A stretch of DNA of 64,000 nucleotides from an uncultured Planctomycetota bacterium (GCA_963752285.1 CAVVXN010000003.1:320001-384000), one strand, 5' to 3'; shown: positions 29,772 to 40,684, counted from the stretch's first letter. The notes: generated from the letters alone by a model not told the origin. Program-made: numbers and translations.

Positions 29772-31601
29772 ATGTGGTGTCGCCGACTCTGTCCGCGCTG
29801 GCTGGTCCTCAGCTCGCTGCTGCTCCTGGTCGCCGCGTGCGGGGTGGGGTCGGTCGAGGAGGACTCGTTCGTCTTCGGCGTGATGGGCCCCGAGGGCGGC
29901 GTGATCGACACGGGCGGCCTCCACCTCGTGATCCCGGCCGGCGCGCTCGCGGGCCCGACGAACGTGAGCGTCCTGCCCGAGACCACGCCCTACCCGATCC
30001 TCGCGCCGGCGAACGACCCGTGCACGTACCAGATCCTCGGCTCCCAGTGGTGCTGCGGGCCCCGCGGCCTCCCGCTCCTCGTGAACGGCTCGCTCGTCGT
30101 CCACTACGACCCGGCGCTCCTCCCCCCGGGGGTGACCGAGGACGACCTCGTCCTCCTGCTCTGGGACGAGGCGACGCTCTCCCTCGTGCCGGACCCGAAC
30201 GCCATCGTGGACGGGACCTCGAACACGATCTTCCTGTCCCAGCTCCCGCTCCTCGGCCACCTCGCCGTGGGCTACCGGACCTGCCAGGTGGTGACGACGC
30301 GCTTCGTGTTCACGGGCGTGCTCGCGACCGGCAGCCACGCGCTGCGGACCGGGCTCGCCCCGGTCGGCCAGGAGGGGCTCTACCAGGCGACCGTGGACGG
30401 CAGCGAGGCGCCCGTCCTGCTGTCGACCCCGTCCCTCCCGCCGGTGTTCCAGCCGTCGCCGGACGGGACCCGGGTGCTCTTCGAGGGCGAGGGCATCGTC
30501 GGTGGGGCGGACTTCCCCTCCCTCCAGCTCTACACGGTCGCCGCGGGCGACACCGACCCCCTTCTCGTGGCCGGCGAGAACGAGGATCTCGTTTCCTACG
30601 ACCCGCTCCACGGGTGGATGCGCGACGGCCAGCGCGTGTTCTTCCAGGAGTTCATCCTCGGCGGGCAGTCCGCGGGCGTGAGCAGCGACCCCGACCGCAC
30701 GGTCTTCGGCACGGTTCCCGGCGACCAGGTGGCGACCCCGACCGAGCTCTACGAGATCGGCGCGTACCCCTACGTGTACGACGTGCGCCAGTCGCCCGAC
30801 GGCTCGATGGTGCTCATCGTGTACTTCGACCAGTCCGAGTCCACGTACGTGGACGTGTTCGACGCGGTCACCGGCGACCCGATCTCCCAGGGCGTGATCC
30901 CCGTCGGCGGCGGCCAGTCCACGCCGCGGTGGCTCCCGGACTCGAGCGGCGTGTACGTGATCGACGAGGAGACGCAGGCCGAGGTGGACCGGTACGACCC
31001 GGACGGATCGAACCCGGGCGTGCTCTTCGACCTGCCGCCGGGCCAGGGCAGCCTGAAGGACTTCGCCCTGGCGCCGAACGGCGACGACTACGCGTACATC
31101 GCCGACCTCGTGCTGGCGGTAGAGGCGGGTCCCGACGCGGCCGTGATCGGGCAGCAGGGCGGGGGCGACGGGCTCTACGTCGGCTCCCTCTCCGGCGGTC
31201 CTCGGGGTGTCCAGGACCTCGGGACGAGCACGTACTACGACGAGCTGGTCTTCCACCCCGACGGCCAGAACGTCTTCCTCTCTTCCTACGACCTCGGGTG
31301 CGAGATCTTTGGCGCGAGCGACGCGACGCCCGGCCCCGTGCTCCCCGTGAACGGGATCAGCCAGGTGGACGTGAACAGCCTCGACGGCCGGTTGCTCCTC
31401 GTGACCGGACCGTACCTCGGGCGGGGCGACGCGACGCTGCCCACGGCGCAGACCGCGCCGGGCGGCCTCTACGTCGCCGACTCGGACGGCTCGAACCAGA
31501 CGCCCGTGAACCTGCCCTCCGACCTCCAGGTCGTGGATGCGCGGTGGCTCCACTCGACGCGGACCGCGCCGTGCATGGGGTACGTGAACCTGGTCCGCTG
31601 A
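29772..31601 (+). CDS. Lipoprotein with ZU5-like N-terminal domain and TolB-like beta-propeller
   Basis: Lipobox LLVAAC; GPEGGVI...LVIPAGAL (ZU5-like); repeated SPDG/HPDG/LPDS blade turns; acidic composition. Confidence 0.7.
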   Translation: MWCRRLCPRWLVLSSLLLLVAACGVGSVEEDSFVFGVMGPEGGVIDTGGLHLVIPAGALAGPTNVSVLPETTPYPILAPANDPCTYQILGSQWCCGPRGLPLLVNGSLVVHYDPALLPPGVTEDDLVLLLWDEATLSLVPDPNAIVDGTSNTIFLSQLPLLGHLAVGYRTCQVVTTRFVFTGVLATGSHALRTGLAPVGQEGLYQATVDGSEAPVLLSTPSLPPVFQPSPDGTRVLFEGEGIVGGADFPSLQLYTVAAGDTDPLLVAGENEDLVSYDPLHGWMRDGQRVFFQEFILGGQSAGVSSDPDRTVFGTVPGDQVATPTELYEIGAYPYVYDVRQSPDGSMVLIVYFDQSESTYVDVFDAVTGDPISQGVIPVGGGQSTPRWLPDSSGVYVIDEETQAEVDRYDPDGSNPGVLFDLPPGQGSLKDFALAPNGDDYAYIADLVLAVEAGPDAAVIGQQGGGDGLYVGSLSGGPRGVQDLGTSTYYDELVFHPDGQNVFLSSYDLGCEIFGASDATPGPVLPVNGISQVDVNSLDGRLLLVTGPYLGRGDATLPTAQTAPGGLYVADSDGSNQTPVNLPSDLQVVDARWLHSTRTAPCMGYVNLVR

Positions 31602-31622
31602 TCTTCGCGAGAGGCCGAGCCG

Positions 31623-34600
31623 ATGACCGCTCCCGACCCCGGCGCCGTGGCCCGCGAGACCCCGGCCGCGCCCGCCGCGGGCGACCGGCCTCGGGCGCGC
31701 CCGCGACGCGCCGAGCCCGCGCGGCCCTACGCGCCGCGCCACGCGCTGCGCTTCGTCACGGCGGCCTCGCTCTTCGACGGGCACGACGCGGCGATCAACA
31801 TCATGCGACGGATCCTGCAGGACTCCGGCGTGGAGGTCGTGCACCTCGGCCACAACCGCTCGGTCCACGAGATCGTGGAGGCGGCGATCGAGGAGGACGC
31901 GCAGGCGATCGCGATCTCCTCCTACCAGGGCGGCCACATCGAGTTCTTCCGCTACGCGAAGGACCTGCTGCGGGAGCGGGGCGCCTCGCACGTGAAGATC
32001 TTCGGCGGTGGGGGCGGGGTGATCGTTCCCGACGAGATCGAGGCCCTGCACGCGTACGGCATCGACCGCATCTTCAGCCCCGAGGACGGTCGGAAGATGG
32101 GCCTCCAGGGGATGATCGACCACATGATGCGTGTGGCCGACTTCGAGCCGCCGCACGACGTCTCCCTCGAGAGCGCGGCGCCCGACCTCTCCGCCGCGGA
32201 CCACCGGCGCGTGGCCGGCCTCCTCACGCGGACCGAGCAGAGGGACTTCGGGGCGTCGCGCCTCGCCCAGTCGATCCGGGCCGCGCACGCGGCGCTGCCC
32301 CGAGAGCGCCGCGCCCCGGTCCTCGGCATCACGGGCCCGGGCGGCGCGGGCAAGTCGTCTCTCGTGGACGAGATCGTGCTGCGGTTCCTCCAGGGCACGA
32401 CGGACGCGACGATCGCGGTCCTCTCGGTAGACCCGTCCCGGCGGAAGACGGGCGGCGCGCTCCTCGGCGACCGCATCCGCATGAACTCGCTTCCGCACCC
32501 GCGCGCGATGATGCGCTCCTTCGCGACCCGCGAGGCGCGAGGCGAGCTCGCGGAGGCCGTGAGGGACGCCGTCCGCGTGTGCCAGCTCGCGGGGTTCGAC
32601 TGGGTCGTCGTCGAGACCTCGGGGACCGGGCAGGGCGACACGGAGATCGCCGACCTGGCCGACGTTTCGGTCTACGTCATGACGCCCGAGTACGGCGCCC
32701 CGAGCCAGCTCGAGAAGATCGGGATGCTCGACTACGCCGACGTCGTGGCCGTGAACAAGGTCGACCGGCGGGGCGGCGAGGACGCGCTGCGCGACGTCAA
32801 GAAGCAGGTCCAGCGCAACCGCAAGGCGTTCGAGGCCGACGAGGCCTCGCTCGGCGTGTTCGGGACCGTCGCCTCGAGGTTCTGCGACGCCGGGGTGGAC
32901 GCGCTCTTCGTGGCGCTCGCCGAGCGGGCGCACGCGGTCGGCGGCCGGGACCCGCGCGTCCGTGCGCCGGGCCAGCTCCGGAAGTCCACCTCGGCGAGCG
33001 CGAGGACCACGGGCGGGGTGCCCCCGGAACGAATCGGCTACCTCGCGGAGATCGCGCGGACCGTGCGGGCGTATCGCGCGTGGGCCGAGGAGCAGATCGA
33101 CCTGGCCCGGGAGGTCGAGGGCCTCGGCCGCTCGAGGGCGGCCGTGGACGACCAGACGCGTCCCGGCGTCGAGCGCGCGCTGGATCGTGCGCTCCGCCGC
33201 ATGGACCCGCGCGCGAAGGAGCTCCTCGACGCGTGGCCCGAGCTCGTGAACCGACACGAGGGAGACGAGATCGCGTACGAGGTCCGCGGCAAGGAGGTCC
33301 GGGCGGCCACCGCCACCCGGTCGCTCTCGGGCACGCGCATCCCCAAGGTCGTGCTTCCGCCCGTCCAGGAACCCGGCGCGATCCTCCGCTTCCTTCTCCT
33401 CGAGCACCTCCCGGGTCACTTCCCGTACACGGGCGGCGTCTTTCCGTACAAGCGCACGGACGAGGACCCCAAGCGTCAGTTCGCCGGCGAGGGCCCGCCC
33501 GAGCGGACGAACCGCCGGTTCCACTACCTGACCCGGGGTGTGAAGGCGAAGCGGCTCTCGACGGCCTTCGACTCGGTGACGCTCTACGGCGAGGATCCCG
33601 CCGAGCGGCCGGACATCTACGGCAAGGTCGGCGAGAGCGGCGTCTCGATCTCCAACCTCGACGACATGAAGGCGCTGTACCGCGGCTTCGACCTCTGCGA
33701 CCGGAACACCTCCGTCTCGATGACGATCAACGGCCCCGCGCCGATGATCCTCGCCATGTTCCTGAACGCCGCGATCGACCAGCAGGTCGAAGCGTTCACG
33801 GAGGCGAAGGGGCGCCCGCCCAGCCCTCGCGAGCACGAGGAGATCGCCGCCCGGACGGTGTCCACGGTCCGCGGGACCGTGCAGGCGGACATCCTGAAGG
33901 AGGACCAGGCCCAGAACACGTGCATCTTCAGCACGCCGTTCGCGCTCCGGATGATGGGCGACATCCAGGAGTGGTTCATCGAGCACGACGTCAAGAACTA
34001 CTACAGCGTCTCGATCAGCGGCTACCACATCGCGGAAGCGGGCGCGAATCCCATCACGCAGCTCGCCTTCACGCTGTCGAACGGGTTCACGCTCGTCGAG
34101 ACGTACCTCGCGCGCGGGATGCACATCGACGACTTCGCGCCGAATCTCTCGTTCTTCTTCTCCAACGGCCTCGACCCCGAGTACACGGTCATCGGACGCG
34201 TCGCGCGGCGCATCTGGGCCGTGGCCATGCGCGATCGCTACGGCGGGAACGAGCGGAGCCAGAAGCTCAAGTACCACGTCCAGACGAGCGGCCGGTCGCT
34301 CCACGCGCAGGAGATCCAGTTCAACGACATCCGCACGACCCTGCAGGCGCTCCTCGCCCTCCAGGACAACTGCAACTCCCTGCACACGAATGCGTACGAC
34401 GAGGCCATCACGACCCCGACCGAGGAGAGCGTGCGCCGCGCGATGGCGATCCAGCTCATCTCCACGAAGGAGCTCGGCTGGCTCAAGTGCGAGAACCCGC
34501 TCCAGGGCTCGTTCTTCGTGCGTCGCCTGACCGACGAGGTCGAGGCGGCCGTCCTGGAGGAATTCGAGCGGCTGAACGACCGCGGCGGCGTGCTCGGCGC

Positions 34601-34973
34601 GATGGAGACGCAGTACCAGCGGGGCCGGATCCAGGAGGAGAGCCTCCTCTACGAGCGCCGGAAGCACTCGGGCGAGCTCCCGATCGTCGGCGTGAACACG
34701 TTCCTGCCGGACCACGCCGAGGACCTGACCAGCCACGTGAGCCAGCTCTCGCGCTCGACGGACGAGGAGCGCCGCCAGCGCCTCGCCGACCTCCAGGCCT
34801 TCCGGCGCCGGCACGCCGAGGACGTCCCGCTCGCCCTCGAGCGGCTGAAGGACGTGGCGCGCTCGGGCGAGAACGTGTTCGCGGAGCTGATGCAGACCGT
34901 GCGGGCCGCGACGCTCGGCGAGATCACGCACGCGCTCTACGAGGTGGGCGGGAGGTACCGTCGGAACCTTTGA
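31623..34973 (+). CDS. icmF: Fused isobutyryl-CoA mutase / MeaB-like GTPase
   Basis: SLFDGHDAAINIMRRILQ B12-binding domain, GITGPGGAGKSS and GGALLGDRIRMN GTPase, RQFAGEG, YHVQTSGRSLHAQE, NCNSLHTNAYDEA. Confidence 0.96.
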   Translation: MTAPDPGAVARETPAAPAAGDRPRARPRRAEPARPYAPRHALRFVTAASLFDGHDAAINIMRRILQDSGVEVVHLGHNRSVHEIVEAAIEEDAQAIAISSYQGGHIEFFRYAKDLLRERGASHVKIFGGGGGVIVPDEIEALHAYGIDRIFSPEDGRKMGLQGMIDHMMRVADFEPPHDVSLESAAPDLSAADHRRVAGLLTRTEQRDFGASRLAQSIRAAHAALPRERRAPVLGITGPGGAGKSSLVDEIVLRFLQGTTDATIAVLSVDPSRRKTGGALLGDRIRMNSLPHPRAMMRSFATREARGELAEAVRDAVRVCQLAGFDWVVVETSGTGQGDTEIADLADVSVYVMTPEYGAPSQLEKIGMLDYADVVAVNKVDRRGGEDALRDVKKQVQRNRKAFEADEASLGVFGTVASRFCDAGVDALFVALAERAHAVGGRDPRVRAPGQLRKSTSASARTTGGVPPERIGYLAEIARTVRAYRAWAEEQIDLAREVEGLGRSRAAVDDQTRPGVERALDRALRRMDPRAKELLDAWPELVNRHEGDEIAYEVRGKEVRAATATRSLSGTRIPKVVLPPVQEPGAILRFLLLEHLPGHFPYTGGVFPYKRTDEDPKRQFAGEGPPERTNRRFHYLTRGVKAKRLSTAFDSVTLYGEDPAERPDIYGKVGESGVSISNLDDMKALYRGFDLCDRNTSVSMTINGPAPMILAMFLNAAIDQQVEAFTEAKGRPPSPREHEEIAARTVSTVRGTVQADILKEDQAQNTCIFSTPFALRMMGDIQEWFIEHDVKNYYSVSISGYHIAEAGANPITQLAFTLSNGFTLVETYLARGMHIDDFAPNLSFFFSNGLDPEYTVIGRVARRIWAVAMRDRYGGNERSQKLKYHVQTSGRSLHAQEIQFNDIRTTLQALLALQDNCNSLHTNAYDEAITTPTEESVRRAMAIQLISTKELGWLKCENPLQGSFFVRRLTDEVEAAVLEEFERLNDRGGVLGAMETQYQRGRIQEESLLYERRKHSGELPIVGVNTFLPDHAEDLTSHVSQLSRSTDEERRQRLADLQAFRRRHAEDVPLALERLKDVARSGENVFAELMQTVRAATLGEITHALYEVGGRYRRNL

Positions 34974-35064
34974 CCGGGGGACGGGCCTTTGGTCCTCGGC
35001 TACCCTTCAGGAACCCTGAACCTCGCGCTTTCGGATCGGGCTGGACGATCGTAGGTTCATCGAC

Positions 35065-35514
35065 GTGGCACGCGGGCTGAATCTCCTCCTGGCGTTCCTC
35101 CTCGCCGTCCCGCTCGCGGGCGGGAACCGCATCCGTCCGTGCACGTGCCACCACGCTCCGCGCCCCGCCGTGGCCTCGTCCGCGGGATCCTCCCGCGGCG
35201 ACGCCCCCTGCTGTTGCGGGGGGATGGAGCGTGCGTGCCCCGATCCCTCGTCCGTGCCGGCGCGGCTCCCTGCGATTCGCCGCCCGCGGGCGCCCGGTGC
35301 GCCGTGTCGCGCGTGTTGCCAGCCGCCCGCGCCCATCGCGCCCGCGGGCGACGCCGTCTCCCCGCAGGTCGCTGTGCCTGTCGTGGGAGCCGCGCCCGCT
35401 GCGGCCGCGCTCGCGCCGGCCGCGAGCCGTTCGCTTCGGCCGCGCGCCGGACCCGGGGAACGGCTCGACCGATGGCGCCTCGAGCCGGCGGGTCTCGCCC
35501 TCCTCCTGATCTAG
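35065..35514 (+). CDS. Small Cys-rich exported protein heading the metal-efflux operon
   Basis: Hydrophobic N-terminus, CTCHH, CCCGG..C, CRACC clusters, ends LALLLI; TAGGTT 7 nt before the GTG. Confidence 0.6.
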   Translation: MARGLNLLLAFLLAVPLAGGNRIRPCTCHHAPRPAVASSAGSSRGDAPCCCGGMERACPDPSSVPARLPAIRRPRAPGAPCRACCQPPAPIAPAGDAVSPQVAVPVVGAAPAAAALAPAASRSLRPRAGPGERLDRWRLEPAGLALLLI

Positions 35515-35527
35515 CGGCGTCCCTTCC

Positions 35528-35549
35528 CGGGAACCCGTAGGGGTTCCCG
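35528..35549. promoter_or_regulatory. Perfect inverted repeat (possible operator or RNA hairpin) upstream of the tolC genes
   Basis: CGGGAACCC-GTAG-GGGTTCCCG. Confidence 0.35.
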
Positions 35550-35701
35550 CGTCGTGCGACGTCGGTCGGGGAGCCGGGGCCTCCTTCTCCTCGCTCGTCG
35601 TCGCCTCGCCCCATCGGCACGTGGCCCACGACGGGAACGCGTCCGACCCGGGCAACCGGACGTCGAGGATCGGGAGGAGGGCACGGTTCGTGAACGCAAG
35701 A

Positions 35702-37174
35702 ATGAGACACCCGCACCTCGCGACGCTCGTCCTGGCGTCGCCCCTCCTGCTCGGTGGTTGCCGGGCGAGCCTCGACCCCGAGGGGGCCCGGTCGTCCCTT
35801 CGGCGGGCCGAGGTGTCGGAAGCGCGCCCCGCGGTCGTCGTTCCCGCCGCGCCCGCGGATTCTCAAGGGCCGGCCCTCGCCACGCGTGTGGCGGTGTCCG
35901 CCGGGCGCACCGCGCCGGCGCCGGACGCGCGGTCCACCGCCGCCGCCACGCCCGCGCCCGGGTCGCTCCACGACGTGCTGGCCGCCGTCCTCGCGCGAAA
36001 TCCGGACGTCCAAAGGCTCCGGGCCGAGTGGCGCGCCGCGATCGAGCAGGTCCCCCAGGCGACCGCCCTCCCGGACCCGATGCTGTCGGTCCTCTCCTAC
36101 GTGGAGAGCGTCCAGACGCGCGTCGGGCCGCAGGACCAGGTGTTCACCTTCCAGCAGCGGATCCCGTGGCCGGGCAAGCTCTCGCAGGCGGGGCACGTCG
36201 CCGCCGAAGGCGCGCGGATCGCGGGCCTGCGCTATGCGGCGGGCGCGCGCGACGCGCTCGTGCTCGCGAAGATCGGTTGGTACGAGTACGGCTATCTCCT
36301 CCGCGCGCGCGACCTCGTTCGTCAGAACCAGGCGGTGGCGGAGCGGCTCGCCGGACTCGGGTCCGAGCTCCTCACCGAGGACCACGCGCTCCTGATCGAC
36401 GTCTTGAAGGCGCAGTCCCAGCTCGCCCAGCTCCAGTACGACCTCGTCACGGTGGAGGAGCTGATCTCCGCCGAGCGAACGCGCCTGAACGGCCTGATGG
36501 GCCGCGACCCCGAGGCGCCGATCGGCGCGCCGCCCGAGCCCGACTTCCCACGGATCCGCGTCCCGGTGACGGACCTCTACCGGCTGGCGGTACGAAACCG
36601 CGAGGAGATCCGGATCTCGAACCGCCGCATCGAGCAGGCGTTTTGGAAACAGCGTCTCGCGGCGAGCCAGCGCGCGCCCGACATCACGCTCGGGCTGAGC
36701 TACGTGCGCGTCGGGCCCAACGCGCCGCCGCTGATGACGCCCGCCGACAACGGGCAGGACGCGTGGGGCGTCTCCGTCGGGCTCACGCTGCCGATCTGGG
36801 ACACGAAGAACCGGGCCGCGACCCGCCAGGCCGAGGCGGAACGCGACGCGGCGGTCGCGGGTCGGACCGAGGTCGTGGCCGAGACGTACACCGGGATCAA
36901 GGACGGGTACGTCCGGCTCGCGAACGCGGAACGCCTGGTCCTTCTCTACCGCGACAGCCTGATCCCGCAGGCGGAGAAGGTGATGTCGTCGGCGGAGGAT
37001 CTCGCGCGGGACGACCGCATGCGTCTCGGCGACTACCTCGAGGCGCAGACGGTCTGGCTCAACTTCACGCTCGCGCGGGAGCGCGCGCTGGCCGACTACC
37101 AGCAGTCGATCGCGCGGCTCGAGCGGTGGACCGGCTCGAACCTCGCGCCCCAGACGTCGGAGGCGAGGAAATGA
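35702..37174 (+). CDS. TolC-family outer-membrane efflux lipoprotein 1
   Basis: Lipobox LLGGC; ARNPDV, LPDPML, QRIPWPGKL, GLTLPIW motifs. Confidence 0.9.
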   Translation: MRHPHLATLVLASPLLLGGCRASLDPEGARSSLRRAEVSEARPAVVVPAAPADSQGPALATRVAVSAGRTAPAPDARSTAAATPAPGSLHDVLAAVLARNPDVQRLRAEWRAAIEQVPQATALPDPMLSVLSYVESVQTRVGPQDQVFTFQQRIPWPGKLSQAGHVAAEGARIAGLRYAAGARDALVLAKIGWYEYGYLLRARDLVRQNQAVAERLAGLGSELLTEDHALLIDVLKAQSQLAQLQYDLVTVEELISAERTRLNGLMGRDPEAPIGAPPEPDFPRIRVPVTDLYRLAVRNREEIRISNRRIEQAFWKQRLAASQRAPDITLGLSYVRVGPNAPPLMTPADNGQDAWGVSVGLTLPIWDTKNRAATRQAEAERDAAVAGRTEVVAETYTGIKDGYVRLANAERLVLLYRDSLIPQAEKVMSSAEDLARDDRMRLGDYLEAQTVWLNFTLARERALADYQQSIARLERWTGSNLAPQTSEARK

Positions 37175-38688
37175 GGCGCGTCCTGGTCCTGCTCCCCTTG
37201 TGTCTCGTCGCCTGCCACGACGCGAGCGCGCTCCGACAGGAGTACGCCGCGGGGCAGGTGCCGGCCTTCGCGCGTCGCGCGCTCGCGGGGGAGACCACGG
37301 AGCCCGTGGCGTCGGCCCCCGAGTCGGCGGGCACGACGGACGCAGCCACGTTCGAGAAGGCCCGCCAGGCGCTCGAGGAGATCGCCGAGCGCTACCGAGC
37401 GGAGGCGGCGGGCCGCCCGTCGGATCCCGCCCGGCTCGGCTTCGAGGTCGCGGAGGGCATCACGCGCGACCGGCTCCGGCAGCCGCTCGATCTCCCCACG
37501 GTGCTCGGCGCGGCCTACGAGCTGAGCCCGGCCGTCCAGTCCTCGCGGGACTCGTTCCGTGCCACGGTCGAGCAGTTCAGCCAGGTGGCCTTCCTCGATC
37601 AGCTCCTCCGGCAGTACACCGCCTTCACGAAAGACCTCGACCTCCGCCTCGGCGCGCCGCGCCAGCGGGAGATGGTGGAGGCCTACTTCCCCTTCCCCGG
37701 GACGATGGCGCTCAAGAGCCGGGTCGTGGAGGCCGACGCGAAGGTCGCCCGGGCGGACCTCGTGCGCACCGTCCGCCAGACCCTCGTGGCGGCCGGGAGG
37801 GCGTACTTCCAGTACGTCTACGCCCAGGAGGCGATCGGGATCGTCAAGGGGAACATCGACCTCCTCCGCGGCGTGGTGCAGATCGCCGAGTCGAAGTACG
37901 GGGTCGGGCAGGCCAAGCAGGGCGTCGTCCTGAAGACCCAGACCGAGATCGCGACGCTCGAGGACGAGCTCGTCACGTTGGAGGAGGGTCTCGGCACGGC
38001 GCGCGCGCGCCTCGCGTCGATCCTCGGGCTGGAACCCGACTTCCCGCTCGGCGCCGCCTCGGCCGAACCCGCGGTCGCGCCGCCGAGGGACTGGGAGCCG
38101 CTCGCGAAGAAGGCCCTCGCCTCGCGCCAGGAGATCCAGGCGCTCGACGCGAAGATCGCGCGGACCGAGGCCCTGATCGAGCTGATGGAGACGCAGGCCT
38201 ATCCCGACCTCTCCCTCGGCTCCAGCCGGTTCGAGGAAGGGGCCGGGACGCGCGTGGGGGGCGCCCGGACGATGCCCCCGTTCGCCGACCAGCCCACCTC
38301 GCGCCCCAAGCCCTGGTTCGGCGAGAGCGCCTCGTACCTGCAGGAGGTGCGCCGCCGCCTGGAGGCGATGCAAAAGACGAGGGACGAGCTCGTCGCGCGC
38401 ATCGGCTTCGAGGTCAAGGACGCGTGGTTTCGGTGGGACGCCGCGTGGCGCCAGACGGAGCTGTACCGGGCGAGCCTCCTGCCGAAGGCCGAGCAGTCGT
38501 ACCGCGTGCTCGCCTCGGGTTGGCAGGAGGGCGTCGCGGAGTTCCTGGACGCCCTGGACGCGCAACGGACCTGGCTCAAGTTCCGCCTCCAGGAACGGGC
38601 GGCGGTCCGAGACGATCTCTCGGGACGTCTCGGGATGTTGGACGCCGTAGGGGCCGACCTCGCCCCCGCGGAAGGAAAGGACAAGTGA
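37171..38688 (+). CDS. TolC-family outer-membrane efflux lipoprotein 2
   Basis: ATGA overlap with the first tolC; lipobox CLVAC; FPFPG, YPDLSLG, LLPKAEQSY, FLDALDAQR. Confidence 0.85.
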   Translation: MRRVLVLLPLCLVACHDASALRQEYAAGQVPAFARRALAGETTEPVASAPESAGTTDAATFEKARQALEEIAERYRAEAAGRPSDPARLGFEVAEGITRDRLRQPLDLPTVLGAAYELSPAVQSSRDSFRATVEQFSQVAFLDQLLRQYTAFTKDLDLRLGAPRQREMVEAYFPFPGTMALKSRVVEADAKVARADLVRTVRQTLVAAGRAYFQYVYAQEAIGIVKGNIDLLRGVVQIAESKYGVGQAKQGVVLKTQTEIATLEDELVTLEEGLGTARARLASILGLEPDFPLGAASAEPAVAPPRDWEPLAKKALASRQEIQALDAKIARTEALIELMETQAYPDLSLGSSRFEEGAGTRVGGARTMPPFADQPTSRPKPWFGESASYLQEVRRRLEAMQKTRDELVARIGFEVKDAWFRWDAAWRQTELYRASLLPKAEQSYRVLASGWQEGVAEFLDALDAQRTWLKFRLQERAAVRDDLSGRLGMLDAVGADLAPAEGKDK

Positions 38689-38689
38689 G

Positions 38690-40669
38690 ATGAAGAGCTC
38701 GATCCTCCTCCCGGTCGCCGTCGCTGCGGCGCTCCTCGGGCTCGGCGGAGGCTACCTCCTCCACGCCGGTTTCGGCGCGCCGGCGGCCTCGAGCGGCGAG
38801 TCCGCCTCGTCGAGCCAAGGCGGCACGACGCTCTACACCTGCGGCATGCACCCGGAGGTGATCCAAGACCACCCCGGGACCTGCCCGCAGTGCGGCATGC
38901 AGCTCACGCCGCTCGAGGCGGAGGGGGAGTCGACGCCCGCCGCCGAGAAGCAGGACCGGAAGATCCTCTACTGGGTCGCGCCGATGGACCCGTCCTACGT
39001 TCGCGACGGGCCCGGCAAGTCCCCCATGGGCATGGACCTCGTCCCGGTCTACGAAGACGAGGTGAAGGGCGGCCCGACCGTCCGGATCGATCCCGCCACC
39101 GAGCAGAACATGGGGATTCGAACCGCGCCCGTCGTGCGGGGGCCGCTCGTCCACGAGGTCCGGGCGGTCGGGAACGTCCTCTACGACGAGCGGAGCATCG
39201 GCGTCGTCTCGCTGAAGATCGGGGGCTACGTAGACAAGCTGCTCGTGGACGAGACGGGTGTCGGCGTGAAGAAGGGGGATCCCCTCTTCGAGATGTACGC
39301 GCCCGACGTCGTCCAGGCCCAGGACGAGCTCCTCAGCACGAAGAAGAACCTCGACGCCGCGACGACCGACGAGCAGAGGAAGGAGTGGCAGAGCCTCTTC
39401 GATCACTCGCGAGAGAAGCTCCTGCGCTGGGACGTGTCGGAGGACCAGATCCAGGAGGTCCTGAAACGGGGCACATCCCAGAAGGACCTGGTCTGGCAGA
39501 GCCCGTTCTCGGGGATCGTGCTCCACAAGAACGTCCTCGAGGGCGCGTACTACAAGCCGGGCGAGGCGCTCTATCGCATCGCGGGACTCGACACGGTCTG
39601 GGTGAACGTGTCGATCTTCGAGTACGAGTTCCCGTGGGTCGAGGTGGGACAGCACGCGCGGATGGACCTTCCGTACTATCCGGGCGAGGTGTTCGAAGGG
39701 ACGGTGGACTTCATCTACCCCTACCTCGACCCGACGACGCGCGACCGGAAGGTGCGGCTCGTCTTCGACAACCCGGGGCGCGAGCTGCTGCCGGACATGT
39801 ACGCGACGGTCTACATCGAGTCGAAGCTCTCCGACGAGGCGGTGCTCGTGCCCGGCGAGGCCGTGCTCGACACCGGGACGAGGCAGATCGTGTTCGTCGC
39901 GAGAGGGAAGGGGACGTTCGATCCGCGCGAGGTCCGCGTGGGGCTCGAGGCGCGCGGCGGACAGCGGGAAGTCGTGAAGGGCCTGGTCCCCGGGGAGCAG
40001 GTCGTGACCTCGGGCCAGTTCCTCCTGGACTCGGAGTCGAAGATCAAGGAAGCCATCCAGAAGATGCTCGCGGGTCGGAAGGCGACGGCCGCCACCGGGT
40101 CCCCCGGTGCCGCGGCGCCGTCGCCCTCGGAACCGAAGCCGGGCCCGGAGCCGATCCCCTCCGAGACGCCGCCCGCGCCGCCCCCGTCCGCCTTTACCGC
40201 GCCGCCGGGTCTCGTGCCGGTCGTAGGAGACGTGTGTCCGGTCATGGGAGGCCAACCGGTCCCCGACGTGTACGTGGACTACCACGGCTACCGCGTCTTC
40301 TTCTGCTGCAGCGGCTGCCCGCCGCGCTTCCTCGCCGAGCCCGAGAAGTACATGGAGAAGCTCCGCCGGATGGGCGCGATCCCGTCGGGCGACGGCGAGC
40401 AGGGCGCCGCGGCTCCCGCTGCGGGCCCGAATCCCGAGGAGGCGCCGGCGATGGACGATCGCTTCCGCGCGCCCGCGGGTCTGATCCCGATCGTCCCGAA
40501 GGAGTGCCCCGTCATGGGCGGGGAGCCCGATCCCGAGGTCTACGTGGACTACAAGGGCTACCGCATCTACTTCTGCTGCGGCGGCTGCCCGGACCTGTTC
40601 CTGAAGGACCCGAAGCCGTACCTCGAGAAGCTACGCGGTCAGGGTCTGAAGATCGACATCCACGACTGA
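38690..40669 (+). CDS. cusB: CusB-like RND membrane-fusion protein with N-terminal metal-binding modules and two C-terminal YHS-like domains
   Basis: [34 protein letters not shown] core, two copies of CPVMGG...Y.G.R..FCC.GC. Confidence 0.9.
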   Translation: MKSSILLPVAVAAALLGLGGGYLLHAGFGAPAASSGESASSSQGGTTLYTCGMHPEVIQDHPGTCPQCGMQLTPLEAEGESTPAAEKQDRKILYWVAPMDPSYVRDGPGKSPMGMDLVPVYEDEVKGGPTVRIDPATEQNMGIRTAPVVRGPLVHEVRAVGNVLYDERSIGVVSLKIGGYVDKLLVDETGVGVKKGDPLFEMYAPDVVQAQDELLSTKKNLDAATTDEQRKEWQSLFDHSREKLLRWDVSEDQIQEVLKRGTSQKDLVWQSPFSGIVLHKNVLEGAYYKPGEALYRIAGLDTVWVNVSIFEYEFPWVEVGQHARMDLPYYPGEVFEGTVDFIYPYLDPTTRDRKVRLVFDNPGRELLPDMYATVYIESKLSDEAVLVPGEAVLDTGTRQIVFVARGKGTFDPREVRVGLEARGGQREVVKGLVPGEQVVTSGQFLLDSESKIKEAIQKMLAGRKATAATGSPGAAAPSPSEPKPGPEPIPSETPPAPPPSAFTAPPGLVPVVGDVCPVMGGQPVPDVYVDYHGYRVFFCCSGCPPRFLAEPEKYMEKLRRMGAIPSGDGEQGAAAPAAGPNPEEAPAMDDRFRAPAGLIPIVPKECPVMGGEPDPEVYVDYKGYRIYFCCGGCPDLFLKDPKPYLEKLRGQGLKIDIHD

Positions 40670-40684
40670 TTCGCGGGAGAACCG

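Noticed and set aside
28992..34931. 1979-aa minus-strand ORF, and the 1774-aa plus-strand ORF at 29756
   Set aside because: Shadow frames of icmF and the lipoprotein gene, with no protein-like motifs.
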